The notes beneath the pieces were generated by a model that was not told the origin of the DNA, did not search any database, and was given only the letters and a program-made list of their open reading frames with translations. The position numbers were made by a program, and so were the translations under genes. From assembly GCF_006345805.1 (NCBI RefSeq), contig NC_043002.1, forward strand, positions 83,638,001-83,702,000: a DNA stretch of 64,000 nucleotides, given 5' to 3'. Source of the DNA: Octopus sinensis. Its lineage: Eukaryota. Below, one piece after another: positions 25,720 to 37,742 of this stretch. Every line of letters starts with the position of its first letter. The stretch's first letter is position 1.

Positions 25720-25784
25720 AAGGTTGGTTATAAAGATTATGAGCTCTAAGAAATCGCATTAAAGCTTAAATAACTTCTACTAAT

Positions 25785-26310
25785 AAACTTATAGTTTATT
25801 GAAAAAAATTATGTATTTTAAGAAGGTCATTATGCCAGTTTTGAACGCTTGCCCTGGTTTTATTTTATTTCTTTAATTATTGTTAGTCAACGTTTAACCA
25901 TTTAAACAATCGCTTGTTTGATTAACTGTTCAGTTAATTAATCAATTAGCTGGGTTCGTCAGAGTTCTTTCGCCGCCATTTGCTACCTCTCTATGTCAAA
26001 TCTATGATGTGCCCTCTCTATTTCAAGTATGCTTCAGGTCTATCTGACTCCTGAACAAAGTTGGAGCAGATCTTAATTAGAGAGTGCATACCATTGAGGG
26101 TGGGGGGCAAATGACAAACGAAAGGACTTTGACAACCCTAGCAGACTGTTGACTGACCGAACACTTACTGAAACAATCAATTAGTTAATTGGGCAAATAT
26201 TTAACTAGTTGAGTTATAAAGAAAGAAGTGAAATAGTACCAGAGCGTGTGTTTATTATTGGCATAATGACCCTCTCAAGATACAACACCTATTTCAACAT
26301 ACAATTTCCC
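25785..26310. repeat. Old foldback/MITE with ~200-bp imperfect arms
   Basis: ggtcattatgcca (25824) versus tggcataatgacc (~26260); gtcagagttctttcg...catttgc versus gcaaatgac...cgaaaggactttgac. Confidence 0.55.
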
Positions 26311-26617
26311 TTCTAGAATTTTGCAAACCAGATACCAACATGCAAAAAAAAAATACAGTTAAAGTATTCCAACACTTAAACTGATGAGAAAAGAAATGGT
26401 TAGGTTTAGGGATGTTCTTTTACTTGTTCTGGAGCACCGCCTCGAAGGGTTTAGTAGAATCAATCAACCCCAGTACATAATCTTTTTTAGTCTGCTGCTC
26501 ACATTGTTGTTTCTTTTGCCAAACCGCTAATTTTATGGGAGCGAAAACAAACATTGTTTATCAAGCGATGTGAAGACAAACACAAGTACACGTATACACG
26601 TACATATATCGGGCCGG

Positions 26618-26955
26618 GACCCCCTTCGGTCACGACACTGACCATGGGATTGCACCTAGAAAGTTACCCTCCAAGTCACAAGTCTGGACGAGGTGGTTTA
26701 TGGAAGACCAGCAGTCGCCCATGCATACCGGCCTCCCCTCTCCACGCCACCAGTGTTATCCAAGGGAAAGGCATAGGGGCCGATAAAGCTTGGCACCAGT
26801 GACGTCGCAACTCATTTCTACAGCTGAGTTAACTGGAGCAACGTGAAATAAAGTGTCTTGCTCAAGAACACAATACGCAACCAGGTCCGGGATTCGAGCT
26901 CACAACCTCACGATCGTAAGCTCGACGCTCTAACCACTGAGCCATGCGCCTTCAC
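26618..26955 (-). mobile_element. SINE family C, full-length
   Basis: Homologous to 7317-7635 and 62416-62734. Confidence 0.85.
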
Positions 26956-27314
26956 ATACGTACGTATATACAGATACATATACGTACACACACGCGCGAA
27001 TACATATGCACAAGCACACATGCATATATTCACATTTATACACGACGGCTTTACACAGCTTTCCGTCAAGCGAATTCACTCATAGGATCTGCAGCTCGAA
27101 GCTTTGTTAGAAGACACTTGTCCAAGGTGCTATGCAGCAGAGATGAATCAGAAACCGTATAGTGTACTGAGATGATACATGCTCAAACTGTTTTGCGTAA
27201 ACATTATCCAAGAGAATTTCGTATAAACTCCTTTATAATGATAAAGACTTCGAAGCTGAAGTACCTCAAACAGGAGTTCGTGATCTTTGTATAAGAACCG
27301 AATAATATAATAAT

Positions 27315-27530
27315 GGTTTCAAAGTTTGGCACAAGGCCAGAAAATTATGGGATGGGGCAGGGTTAGTCGATTACATCGACCCAAGTGCTCAAATAGTACT
27401 TATTTTAGCGACCCCGAAAGGATGAAAGGCAAAGTCGATCCGGGCAGAATTTGAACTCAGAACGTAAAGACGGACGAAATGCCGCTAAGTATTTTGCCTG
27501 TTGCAGTAACAACTCTTGCCCACCGCCTTC
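27315..27530 (-). mobile_element. SINE family B (Meta/MESC-like central domain)
   Basis: Reverse complement of gttctgagttcaaattc...gactttgcctttcatcctttcggggtcg...taagtac. Many homologs. Confidence 0.75.
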
Positions 27531-28374
27531 CGATTAATATAAAAATACAGTCGTAAAATGATATAGCTCTTTGCTTCCCAACCACATGGTACCGGGTTCA
27601 GTCCCACTGCTGGCACTCTGGGCAAGTGTCTTCTACTATAGCATCGGGCCGACCAAAGCCTTGTGAGTGGATTTGGTAGACGGAAACTGAAAGAAGTCCA
27701 ACGTGTAAATATCTATATATGGGGGTCTCTTTGTGTCTGTGTTTGTCCCCCCATGAGCTTGTTCCCATACACACACACGCACACACATAAAGCTAGAAAT
27801 AGCAACCAGTAAGCTATCAGCGTTATTAGAGCTTCGCCGAAAGTTTGAAACTTCAATGTTGAGTTATCCTTCATTCCTCTAACAGTCTCCGTAGAGGTAA
27901 GACAGAGATTTCCTATATTTACCGACGCAAACATCTCTGCTAGTAAACGTTCAGTGGAGCTCTACATAGCGTCGATAGCTTATCGGCTGCTATTTCTCGC
28001 AATGATCGTACTTTGTGTACATTCGCTTTTTATATTTATAATTCTACCTTTTATGCTTTTTTTTTGGTGCTTTATTCTTCCTGGATAGTAATATTATTTT
28101 TAATAATATTTATATATCCTGTATGTATGTATGTATGTAAAATTTACTAGTATTGGCTTCATTTCACTACTATTCAAACACCCGGGTTCCCCTTTATACA
28201 GAAATAACCCGTAAATATTTCCCTAGATCACTGTTAGTTTACTCTTTTTTCTATCGACTTCAAACTCCACATTGCGAGATGATATGATTTTAATATATTG
28301 GGCCTTCTAGCCTCTTCCCGAGGCCCTGCTCTTTCCTCTTACTTTTGTTTATTTTATTTTACGCATTTGTATTC

Positions 28375-28476
28375 GCTCTTATGAAGCTCCATGTATTAGA
28401 TCAAATGTGCTATGAAGATGACAAATATTATTTTCGGAATTTCCAACTAACATTGGAAGCGGAAACGGCCGTAAGA
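28375..28476 (+). ncRNA. Degenerate hammerhead motif with long stem II
   Basis: CTTATGA (G5 mutated)-a-GCTCCATGT...ACATTGGAAGC-g-GAAA-CGGCCG-TA. Stem III is the palindrome ACGGCCGT. Confidence 0.4.
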
Positions 28477-28905
28477 AAAGTTATGTCATGTTTTGTATTA
28501 AAAAATAATCAACCGATGTGGTTTAATTTGTGTTTGTTGATCAAAAGTTTTCTCCATTTTCTGATTATTTAAATTTGATTCCTGATAAACTTTTGCTTAT
28601 TCTGTTGTTACATGTACCCCACGAGTATAGTGTGCCTGCATACCCATGCCCAGGGATAGCACAGGTAATTGATACCGATAGTAAATACGGATGCTATTAT
28701 CCCTTAGACGGTTAATACAATCGCTAACTTTGCTTACCCTTTATATATATATATATATATGGTTTATGTTTATAATTGTTTGAATTACATAATAGTGTTT
28801 TTTCTCTAATTTATATACATTATATATTTATATTGTGAAATTTGATTTAATGCTTATTTGAATTTTTCCCTGCAAGTTTGGAGTTATACTCCCTAATATA
28901 TATAT

Positions 28906-28953
<48 letters not shown>

Positions 28954-31485
28954 ATATATACTTGCAGTTATACAACACAATACCCAAGAGTAAGGAATGG
29001 TCTTGTGTCGAGTTGGGAACCTTTGACCAGAGGTCTGCTCAGTGGTGCCGTGTTAAGGGAGGGGCTATGAGTAATGCAGTACTGAGACCCAGAAGGCCCA
29101 TGGATTCCTTGAGGAGTGTTGAATTTTGCTATATTTCATTGGGGACTGGGAATCATTTCTTTGATACAGCACCGGACCTATGTACACCAAATGATGCTCA
29201 AGATCTGCTCAGTCAGGACTAGCACATTAAGCTAAACAACAGTAACAATACCACTAACGTCAATAGCAGAAAAGATAAATAAAATGATGATAATAATAAC
29301 AAAAAAATGATGGTGAATCATAACGGAACAATTTCTCTATTTACATTCCTATATACAAAACATCAGCAGCTGAATAAGTCTTTGAACCCGAAATGAGACT
29401 TCATAACGGTTGACTGAGATCGTAAGAAGGTTGGATGAAGAGATGTTGTTGTCGTCATCATCTTTGTTGTATATCTCGCCAGTAAACTATATCACATACA
29501 GACTCTCCCGATATGAAAGATACGTTTCGCCGAGGAGCCATAATAAGAACGAAACATGCCTGTTGCGTTCACCATTTGGTTTTTAAGACAAGGTTTTTAA
29601 GACAAGATGTACCTCTGGTTTGCCTATGATCTCCAAACATTTAGAAGTCCTGATCTTATTTCAGTTATCTCTCCTGCTTGTTGTTTTATTTATTTTAAAC
29701 ACTTCTAAATGGAGTTTTTATCTACTAATTACTTGGATTATATCAGTCGACCATAGTTTTTTACCTCTCTGTTTTACATTTGTGAGATTCTACCGCATTT
29801 ATATTTATGCATACAGAACGTAGTGGATTGGCAGAGTCGTTAGAGAGTCGGACAAATGCTTTGCAGTTTTTCTTCACGTTCTGTGTTCAAATCACGCCAT
29901 GGTCAACTTTGTCTTTCATCCTTTCAGGGGCAATAACATACAGATCCAGTCCAGTAATGACAGCAGGTAATCGACGAGCTCACCTCCCTTGAAAAATTGC
30001 CAGCTTGGAGCCTAAACTAAGGACAATATCCGAATTGGACAAATAGTGAGAACGTAAGACAAAACGCATGTATGTTGCAAATTCAGAACTATGCGGTGGC
30101 TGACTTTTGCCTTTAATGTTCCCTAGAAAAATACGTTTCGCCGAGGAGCCATAATAAGAACGAAACATGCCTGTTGCGTTCAGTCAGATATTGGTGTGTG
30201 AAGATGCGTTGCTTGGTTGTGAGAATGCTGCACTCACGATCGCATGATCGAGGTTTCGACTCCTGGACCGGTCGGTGATTTGTCTTTTTGAGCAAATCAC
30301 TTCATTTCACGTTGCTCCAGTCCACTCAGCTTTAAATGAGTTCAAGCAATAACTGGTAAGTTAACCCTGCGACCCGTTCAGGGTGAAGGTTGTAATCTTA
30401 GTTACTTATATCACATGGAAACCAAGTTAAATATTGGCTTTATGATTCTTAGGGCTCAAGGCAGGCCTAAGGAATAGTGAACAACAGAAAATATCGACTG
30501 TTGTATCCTTTTTAAAATAGTAGGGTGTAGTTAGAAGAAGATCTGGTCACTATTTCTTGCAGGTCGACTAAGTACGTGGGAGCTCCTTCTTTGGCACAAC
30601 AAATTATCAGTTGTTAACCGTTTTATCATTAATAAGAGCAAATTATAGACTATTGGTCTAAATTAAGAACGAAGCATAAACCAGGTGTTTAAAACTGCAT
30701 GACACAAACACTAACGGCGACTGGTCGAAATAGATTTGGTGGCACGACCAGTTTCTCAAGTAAAAAAAAAAAAAAAAAAACAAAAAACATTTATGGTGAT
30801 TAGTCACGAAGAAGGCATGATACACTTTTGTGTATGTCGTTATGTAAACTCTTGTGTATGACGTTAAATAGATTCATCAGTGTTCTCCACAAAATGGGTA
30901 ACAATAGTAATTTCCTTGACTACTACTACCACCACCACCACCACCACTGCAAGCTCAAAATAGATATCGTGTAAGAATTGAATGCTATCAAAAACACCTT
31001 ACATCAGCAGTTGTTTTACTGCTGAATTAAACTATATTTTTAATATTGATTTACTGCATTGTCACAACGCCCCAAAACGTATACGTTGAAAACGTGTAGT
31101 TGTCTATTGGATAGACAGACTTTCAATGTCATTGGTAGGTATTTTTGTTCGACCCTGAATAATGAATGGCAGAAAACCCCGGGCTTTTAAAATAGTGGTG
31201 CTGATTTGATAAACGACTGCTTCTCCCAGTTGTGTCAGCTTGTACCTTTGTTTAAAAAACAAACAAAATGATATTGATTTATTATTATGTAAGCAAGGTA
31301 TTATGCCCTCTATTGATGATGTTAATATTCTTTTCTGAATGATTGAGAAAGTCGCTTTGCGACCACATGGTTTCGGGTTCAGTCCAACCGCACGGCACCA
31401 TGGGAAAGTATCTTCAGCTATACTCCCGGGCCGACTTCTGTCTTGTAAGTGAATTTGGTTGAAGGAACCTGCGCAGAAACTCTGT

Positions 31486-31541
<56 letters not shown>

Positions 31542-33057
31542 GTGTGTGTGTGTGTGTGTGTGTGTGTAATGTGCGTACGTGCGTGCATGTTTGCATGTGC
31601 GTGTGTGTATTTGTTACTCCCTACTACCGTTTGATAACCGGTAATGGTTTGTTTATGATCACGTAACCTAGCGATTCGGTAAAAGCGACTAATAGAACAT
31701 CAGACTCTAAAAAAAAAAGAAAGTACTGGGCACGATTTGTCCGAGACTTTGACTAGAACCCTGCATGGCTGCAGTCTAATGAATGAAACATATTGTTGCG
31801 ACGAAATGCAGCAATATGTAAGATGTTTTTTTTTTATTATCTGTGTTCAAATCCTATCGAGTTAGACTCTACTTTTCATCGTTCTTAGGTCGATAAAATA
31901 AAATACCAGTCAAGTATTGTGGTCGATAAAATAAAATACCAGTCAAGTATTGTGGTCGATATAATTGACTGTTCCCCTAACTCCACCCACGCAATTTTGG
32001 TGCTGTGCTTACATAAGAAATCAATATTGTTTTCTAAGTCACAAGATAACACGTCAAAGAAAAGCAGCTGTTGATTAAATTAACCCTAGTACTTGTCTGG
32101 TACTTTATTTTTATGAGCCCATGAAACCTGAAAAGTAAATTTGAGGTCTGGAAGATTCGAACAAAAATGTTAATATCGTGATATGGATATTGTGGCAATC
32201 ATGCCTTTCCACTCGAATCATCAACGTAAAGGAAGCGGATATAGTTGTTTATTTAAGTTCGTTTCACAACTACATGGTTTCGGTTTGCAATAGCACAGAA
32301 TAGCACCTTGATCAAGTGTCTTTTACCAAAGCTTCGCTTCGACTAAAAGCCGAGTGAGTGAAATTTGGTAGTCGTAAACTACATGGGAATCTGTTGGAAT
32401 AACCGTTCCTGTTTTGGGGTAATAGACATAGTCTGTTCCCTGTTGAACCTTTATTGGAGTTCACTTTGTTTCAAGTTTTCAGGAAAGATTTCCGGAGACT
32501 CTAAAAAAGGGTTGTAGATATTGTCCTTCCTCCTCTAGGAATGTCGTTATAAAATAATAGTTTCAAATTTTGGCACAAGAGTAGCATGTTCGGAGGAGGG
32601 TACAAGTCGATTACACCGACCTCGTTGCTCAACTGGTACTTATTTTATTGACACCAAAAGCATGAAAGGCAAAGTCCCCCTCGGAGGAATTTGAACTCGG
32701 AGCATAAAGACAGACGCAATGCGCCTAAACATTTTGCCCGGCGTGTTAACTCTTCTCTCAACTCCTCACCTAAATAATAATGATAATAATAATAATAATA
32801 ATAATAATAATCCTTTCTAGTAAAGGCACCAGGCCTGTGTGTGTGTATACATATATGGTTTCGCCATTGTCCTGTATATTTCTTAGCTATTCCCAATGGC
32901 TCTTCGCCACTGGCGCCACCAGAGGTGAAAAATAACATCGTTAAAGGACCGAAATTGTAAGGATCTTTTGGACGTTGACTGATGAGAAATTAGTTACGAA
33001 TTTTCTGTTTGTTATGGTATAGAATTTTCAGTTTGTTGTGTTTCAGTTAAAATTGAA

Positions 33058-33091
<34 letters not shown>

Positions 33092-33439
33092 TATATACAA
33101 CACACAAACAGAAACGCACACACACGCACAAATACACTCACATTGCAGACTAATACCTCATTTGTCAAACTTAGTTGTTACTCATGTGTTGGCTTTTGTT
33201 ATTGTTCATTATATTCGTACTATACCATATATGCATACATAAATACATAAACATATATCTACTTGCATATGTATAATGTGTATATGTGAGCGTGTGCGTA
33301 TCAATGTACGTTTATATATATATATATATAAGTATGTGTATGTATGTGTGTGTGCATGTGTGTGTGTATGTACATACGTAAGCATATATACTCACATGAA
33401 CAGGTGTATTTTATGCACAAATAATTGTAGACCTGGTAT

Positions 33440-33775
33440 GTAACTAAAGTGGTACTCCGTCGGTTACGACGACAAGGGTTCCAATTGATCCGATCAACTG
33501 AACAGTCTGCTCGTGAAATTAATGTGCAAGTGGCTGAGCACTCCACAGATATGTGTACCCTTAACGTAGTTCTCAAGGACATTCAAGCGTGACATTCAAG
33601 AGTGTGACAAGGTTGGCCCTTTGAAATACAGGTACTACTCATTTTTGCCAGCTGAGTGGACTGCAGCAACGTGAATTAAAGTGTTTTGCTCAAGGACACA
33701 ACACATCGCCGGGAATTGAATTCACAACCTTATGATCGTGAGCCCACACTCTAACCACTAAGCCACACGCTTTCA
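33440..33775 (-). mobile_element. SINE with family-C-like head and type 2 tail
   Basis: Head gtgtggcttagtggttagag...tgtgtccttgagcaaaacac. Tail shared with 20820-20940 and 22930-23100. Confidence 0.75.
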
Positions 33776-34102
33776 AAGACCTTGTTAATTTCAAAGACCC
33801 AGTTAATTCTTTGAAACGTTATTTTTCACTTGGTAGGGCCTATGGAACCGCGACCATTACAGGAATGATCAAAAGGCGAACAATTAAAAAACAACGCAGA
33901 GGTTTCAGAGAAAGCATCGAGATAGTTCTGGCCAAAAAGACCATGACGTCTGAGGTTCAGTAGAAAGCCATCAGGACACGGACCTAGACTTAATCAACCC
34001 AGATCTGGCCGTCTGGCTGAGGATGTGTGTTTCTTATGTCCCGCATTATGACAACGTATCTCGTCTTTGCGGGACTGCCTGAACAACATACCTCGCTGAC
34101 TG

Positions 34103-34551
34103 TATTTCTTTATTGCCTATAAGGACACACAGAGAGGGGACGAACAAGAACAGACAAGAAAGCACAAGTGGGGACAAAAAACATAAACGGATGAATGAAA
34201 TGAAATTATATAAAAATGAAGATGTAATGGCTACTACTCGACCCCACATCCGAGTAGTACCATTTTAACTATATTTTTACACTACTTTTAATCCAGCGTT
34301 TATCTGAATAATTATCTTAGTAAATGCAAAGCGGTTTCAGTTTTTCAAATTCCACCACAGGTGGCAACTGGTCGTATCTTATTTCTAACCCTAATGGGTT
34401 TACTTCGTCTCCAAAGTTTGCTTTCAATTTTTCATAGTTTTTCATGTCAATTAAAATGCATTCCATACCTGGGACTCTTATGTTTTTCCTCTAATTACTG
34501 CCTTCATCTTCCCTATTTTTGCTTCGATGGCTGCATTCGTCCAATAGTTAC
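34103..34551 (-). mobile_element. 5'-truncated ORF1-only L1/Tx1-like element (copy B)
   Basis: Minus-strand translation ...YWTNAAIEAKIGKMKAV...NYEKLKANFGDEVNPLGLEIRYDQLPPVVEFEKLKPLCIY* (stop 34317-34319), homologous to copy A. 3' end caataaagaaata. Flanked by atacctcgctgactg at 34088-34102 and 34552-34566. Confidence 0.75.
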
Positions 34552-34878
34552 ATACCTCGCTGACTGTAATTCTTTATTTTGGCACCTAGGCCATAACATA
34601 GAGGGTACAGCACAAGGACAGAGAGAACACCACAATGGGGACAAAAACATAAAACGAATGAAAAATGAAAGATGTATTAAAATAATAAAATTGATGATGA
34701 TGAAATGGCTGCATTGAGCCCAACTCTTATGCAGTACCATTTAACAGTTAAATTATACAAATTAACAAATCTTTCTTACACACTCTTTTTTTCTTTTAGC
34801 ATCGTTTTTTTTTTTTAATTTTGAAAGCCTATTTTTTTTTCTCTCAATTTTTATAAAATTTTACTTACTTTACTCTTT

Positions 34879-36560
34879 TTAACAGTTCAGTAAGCGTTTC
34901 AAATCTTCATACTCCACGACCGATGGTAATTCGTCGAATTCAATTTCGACCCCTAAATGGTCTATACTACTTCCGAACAGTTCTCTTAGTTTCTCGTATC
35001 TCTCCTTGTCAACTTGCTTTCTTCTGTTTATTTCTCCTGTGGCAGCCTTAATCATATGATTGATTTAAACTTCGTGATCTTCCGCTCGATTGCCGCACTT
35101 CTAGCATATGTACTTACTTACTAGTACTTGTAGCTACATTCACCCTGGGCGGGTTGAGTCGGCTTCTTCTACTCATGGAAGAAGTTTCGTGGGAATATGT
35201 GAATTTCACAAGCGGTCCCCAACAATCCCGCATGTGGAGACATCCTGTTTGCCGCAGATTGCCCGCTGACGCAGGGACAGAACGACCGAGGAGCCGCCGG
35301 TTGCCGAAGCAGACACTCCGAGGATTTTCACCTGAGCCCCGCCTGCCGGGTTGTGGCCCTAATACCACTCGGTGTCAGACCAATCCGCCTTGGGTGGCCC
35401 TACCAGGAACCGAAGTTCCCGACGTCATAGCTCTGACACGTCTAGCATATGTAACCATATGCCACTTGTTTTTTCTCTTTTTAACCAACGTTTGCTTCAA
35501 CGACGGACCTGGGATGTCCGAGCGAGTCTTTTCACTTGGCTCCTCTCTTGGTGTGCCAAAATAAACGTCAATGTCTAAGCCTTCCATACGTGTTGCAATG
35601 ATGTTTCTTGCTGCCACTCTACCTTCCATTGTTGATTCTGCTGGTGTCTCGAACCTGTTCCTCTTCTCCTCCATCTCAATCTCCTTCATCCTTTTCTGGC
35701 TCTCTGGTGGAGAACTCGCCAGTTCTTTCCTTTTCCTCCTATTCACGACGGTGAATGATTCCTCCATCTTTCTCCTTTTCCCGCACTACCACTTCGGTAC
35801 TCCGTTCTTCACTTTTCTGCTCCTTCTCTTCGTTTTCTTTCTGGGGCATCTTGCTTTCATGTACCCCTTTTGACCACTTAAGAAACATGTTAGTGGCCTT
35901 CCTTCCACTACTACTCTTAGTCTAACGTCTTCCGGGAGAATGATCTCCTCTGTGGTCTCGTACAAATCTTTTAGGCTCGCTGGCCATACCTCCATCAATT
36001 AACCTTTTTGGTTCTCGTAATCTTTAAGATTTTTACTTCATCCTCCATTCTGTGCATGACTGCTGCCACCAGCTATGCTTCCTTAATCTCGGTGGATACT
36101 CTGCCGATTCTCACTCTGGCGATGCGTTTGCCAGAGTAAGTTAGCAGAAGTACCCATTCTGGTGTCCTTATCAGCACAGTGGAGTAGTTTATTTCGTCTT
36201 CTTCGTTGCTAAACCTTACTTCCACTGTGCCGTACTTCCTTCCACGTGTATAAAATGTCGTAAGCCTCTTTACGTCCTTGAGGCACTCCTCTATTGCCTC
36301 TATTGGGGCAACCACTATCTTTTTAGAGGACGTAGATAGCGTTCTGTACACCACTGTCCCCTTTACCACATTGTTAATCAATTCTTGAGTCAGCCTCAAA
36401 CTGGCTTTCTATCAATTTACTGCCCTCCTTCCACTTTCTGGGCTCTATCTTAATTTCTCTTACTTCCAGGGCGTTGGTAGATACTCCTTTAATCGTGGCT
36501 GATGCGTAACTTCCAGCTGGTTCATTTTCCATCTCTCCTCTCTTCTCCACTTCACCCATA
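34879..36560 (-). pseudogene. Disrupted gag-like/ORF1 protein (~440 aa reconstructed)
   Basis: Fragments 36374-36577 (GSYASAT), 36073-36399, 35786-35998 (LRVVVEGRPLTCFLSGQKGYMKARCP, a decayed CCHC knuckle), 35454-35767 (basic/acidic linker) and 34879-35112 (YARSAAIERKI...RYEKLRELFGSSIDHLGVEIEFDELPSVVEYEDLKRLLNC*). Confidence 0.7.
35113..35440 (-). mobile_element. Non-autonomous RTE-derived insertion
   Basis: 13-bp TSD tctagcatatgta (35100-35112, 35441-35453). RTE-like 5'-UTR motif agagctatgacgtcgggaac..cctggtagggccaccca and an agtaagtaag tail. Confidence 0.7.
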
Positions 36561-37362
36561 ATTGGGGAAGAAAACAAATATCAAAACAGGCAAAAACAGC
36601 AACAATAGTTCAAAATTTAACAAATTTAACAGATCTTAGGTTCACCCACACGGGGAGACCTTCAATAAGTATAACAAGCAAACGACTTACTCAGAATCAC
36701 AAGTGATTTAACCAAAAATACTACCAACGCGAAAAAGAAAATACCTCGCTGACTGACATTACTGACTGACACAGTCTTACCTGGGGACGTCCGCCGCAAC
36801 AATATTGTAAGGTGTGAAGCATCCAGTGACATGAGATACAACACTGATATCGATACATGTATGCAGAAGTTTTTTTGTGTTTCTCAGTACAGACGAGTCC
36901 CCTCATGTTGTAACATACTTGCAATTCACCCCTGATGCTAATAAGTTACTCTATTGTCCCAACTCTTGTCGTAGAGATTCTTTTTTGTGTTTGCAATAGT
37001 TATATACTTCAGATGAAGGTGGAGTGTCAAACACCATAACTCTAATTTTTCTATACTTTAAAATCAATAACATGGAGTGGCTGGTGTTAGGAAGGGCATC
37101 CAACTGTAGAAACCATGTCAAATCAGGCTGGAACCTGGTGCAGCTCTCCGGCTTATCAGCTCCAGTCAAAATGCAAAGTGGTATAAACGCAAGCGTGGCT
37201 GTGTGGTGAGAAACTTGCTTCCCAACCACATGCTTCAATGTTCAGTATCACTACATAGCATCTTGGGCAAGTGTCTTCTACTTGAGCATGGAATTGGTAG
37301 ACAGAAACTGAAAGAACTTGTATATATATATATATATATATTGATTGATTCTAGTTTCAGTA

Positions 37363-37410
<48 letters not shown>

Positions 37411-37413
<3 letters not shown>

Positions 37414-37742
37414 TCTTTTACTTGTTTCAGTCATTTAACTGCGGCCATGCTGGAGCACTGCTTTAGTCGAGCGTAATTGACCCCAAGACTTATTCTTTGT
37501 AAGTCCAGTACTTATTCTATCGGTCACTTTTGGCGAATCGCTAAGTTACGAGAACGTAAACACACCAGCATCGGTTGTCAAGCGATGTTGGGGGTACAAA
37601 CACACACACACATATATATACATATATACGACGGGCTTCTTTCAGTTTCCGTCTACCAAATCCAGTCACAAGGCTTTGGTCGGCCCGAGGCTATAGTAGA
37701 AGACACTTGCCCAAAGTGCCATGCAGTGGGACTGAACCCGGA
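37411..37742 (-). mobile_element. SINE family A
   Basis: Reverse-complement homolog of 18843-19253, lying between fragments of a + strand copy (37192-37320, 37760-37995). Confidence 0.8.

Larger units (their letters stand above)
34567..36740 (-). mobile_element. Apparently full-length ORF1-only L1/Tx1-like element (copy A, HAL1-like architecture)
   Basis: A single broken ORF, a ~310-bp 3' UTR ending aataaagaatta, no ORF2, and a 15-bp TSD at 34552-34566 and 36741-36755. Confidence 0.75.

Noticed and set aside
32979-33006. CTGATGA followed by a hairpin
   Set aside because: No GAAA after the stem. CTGA-N-GA hits at 4226, 22740, 26381, 39710 and 62799 fail in the same way.
34088-36755. CRISPR-like or LTR interpretation of the triple 15-mer and the ~200-bp repeats
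   Set aside because: The context is eukaryotic and the spacing irregular. The ~200-bp repeats are homologous 3' UTRs, both on the same side of the ORF.
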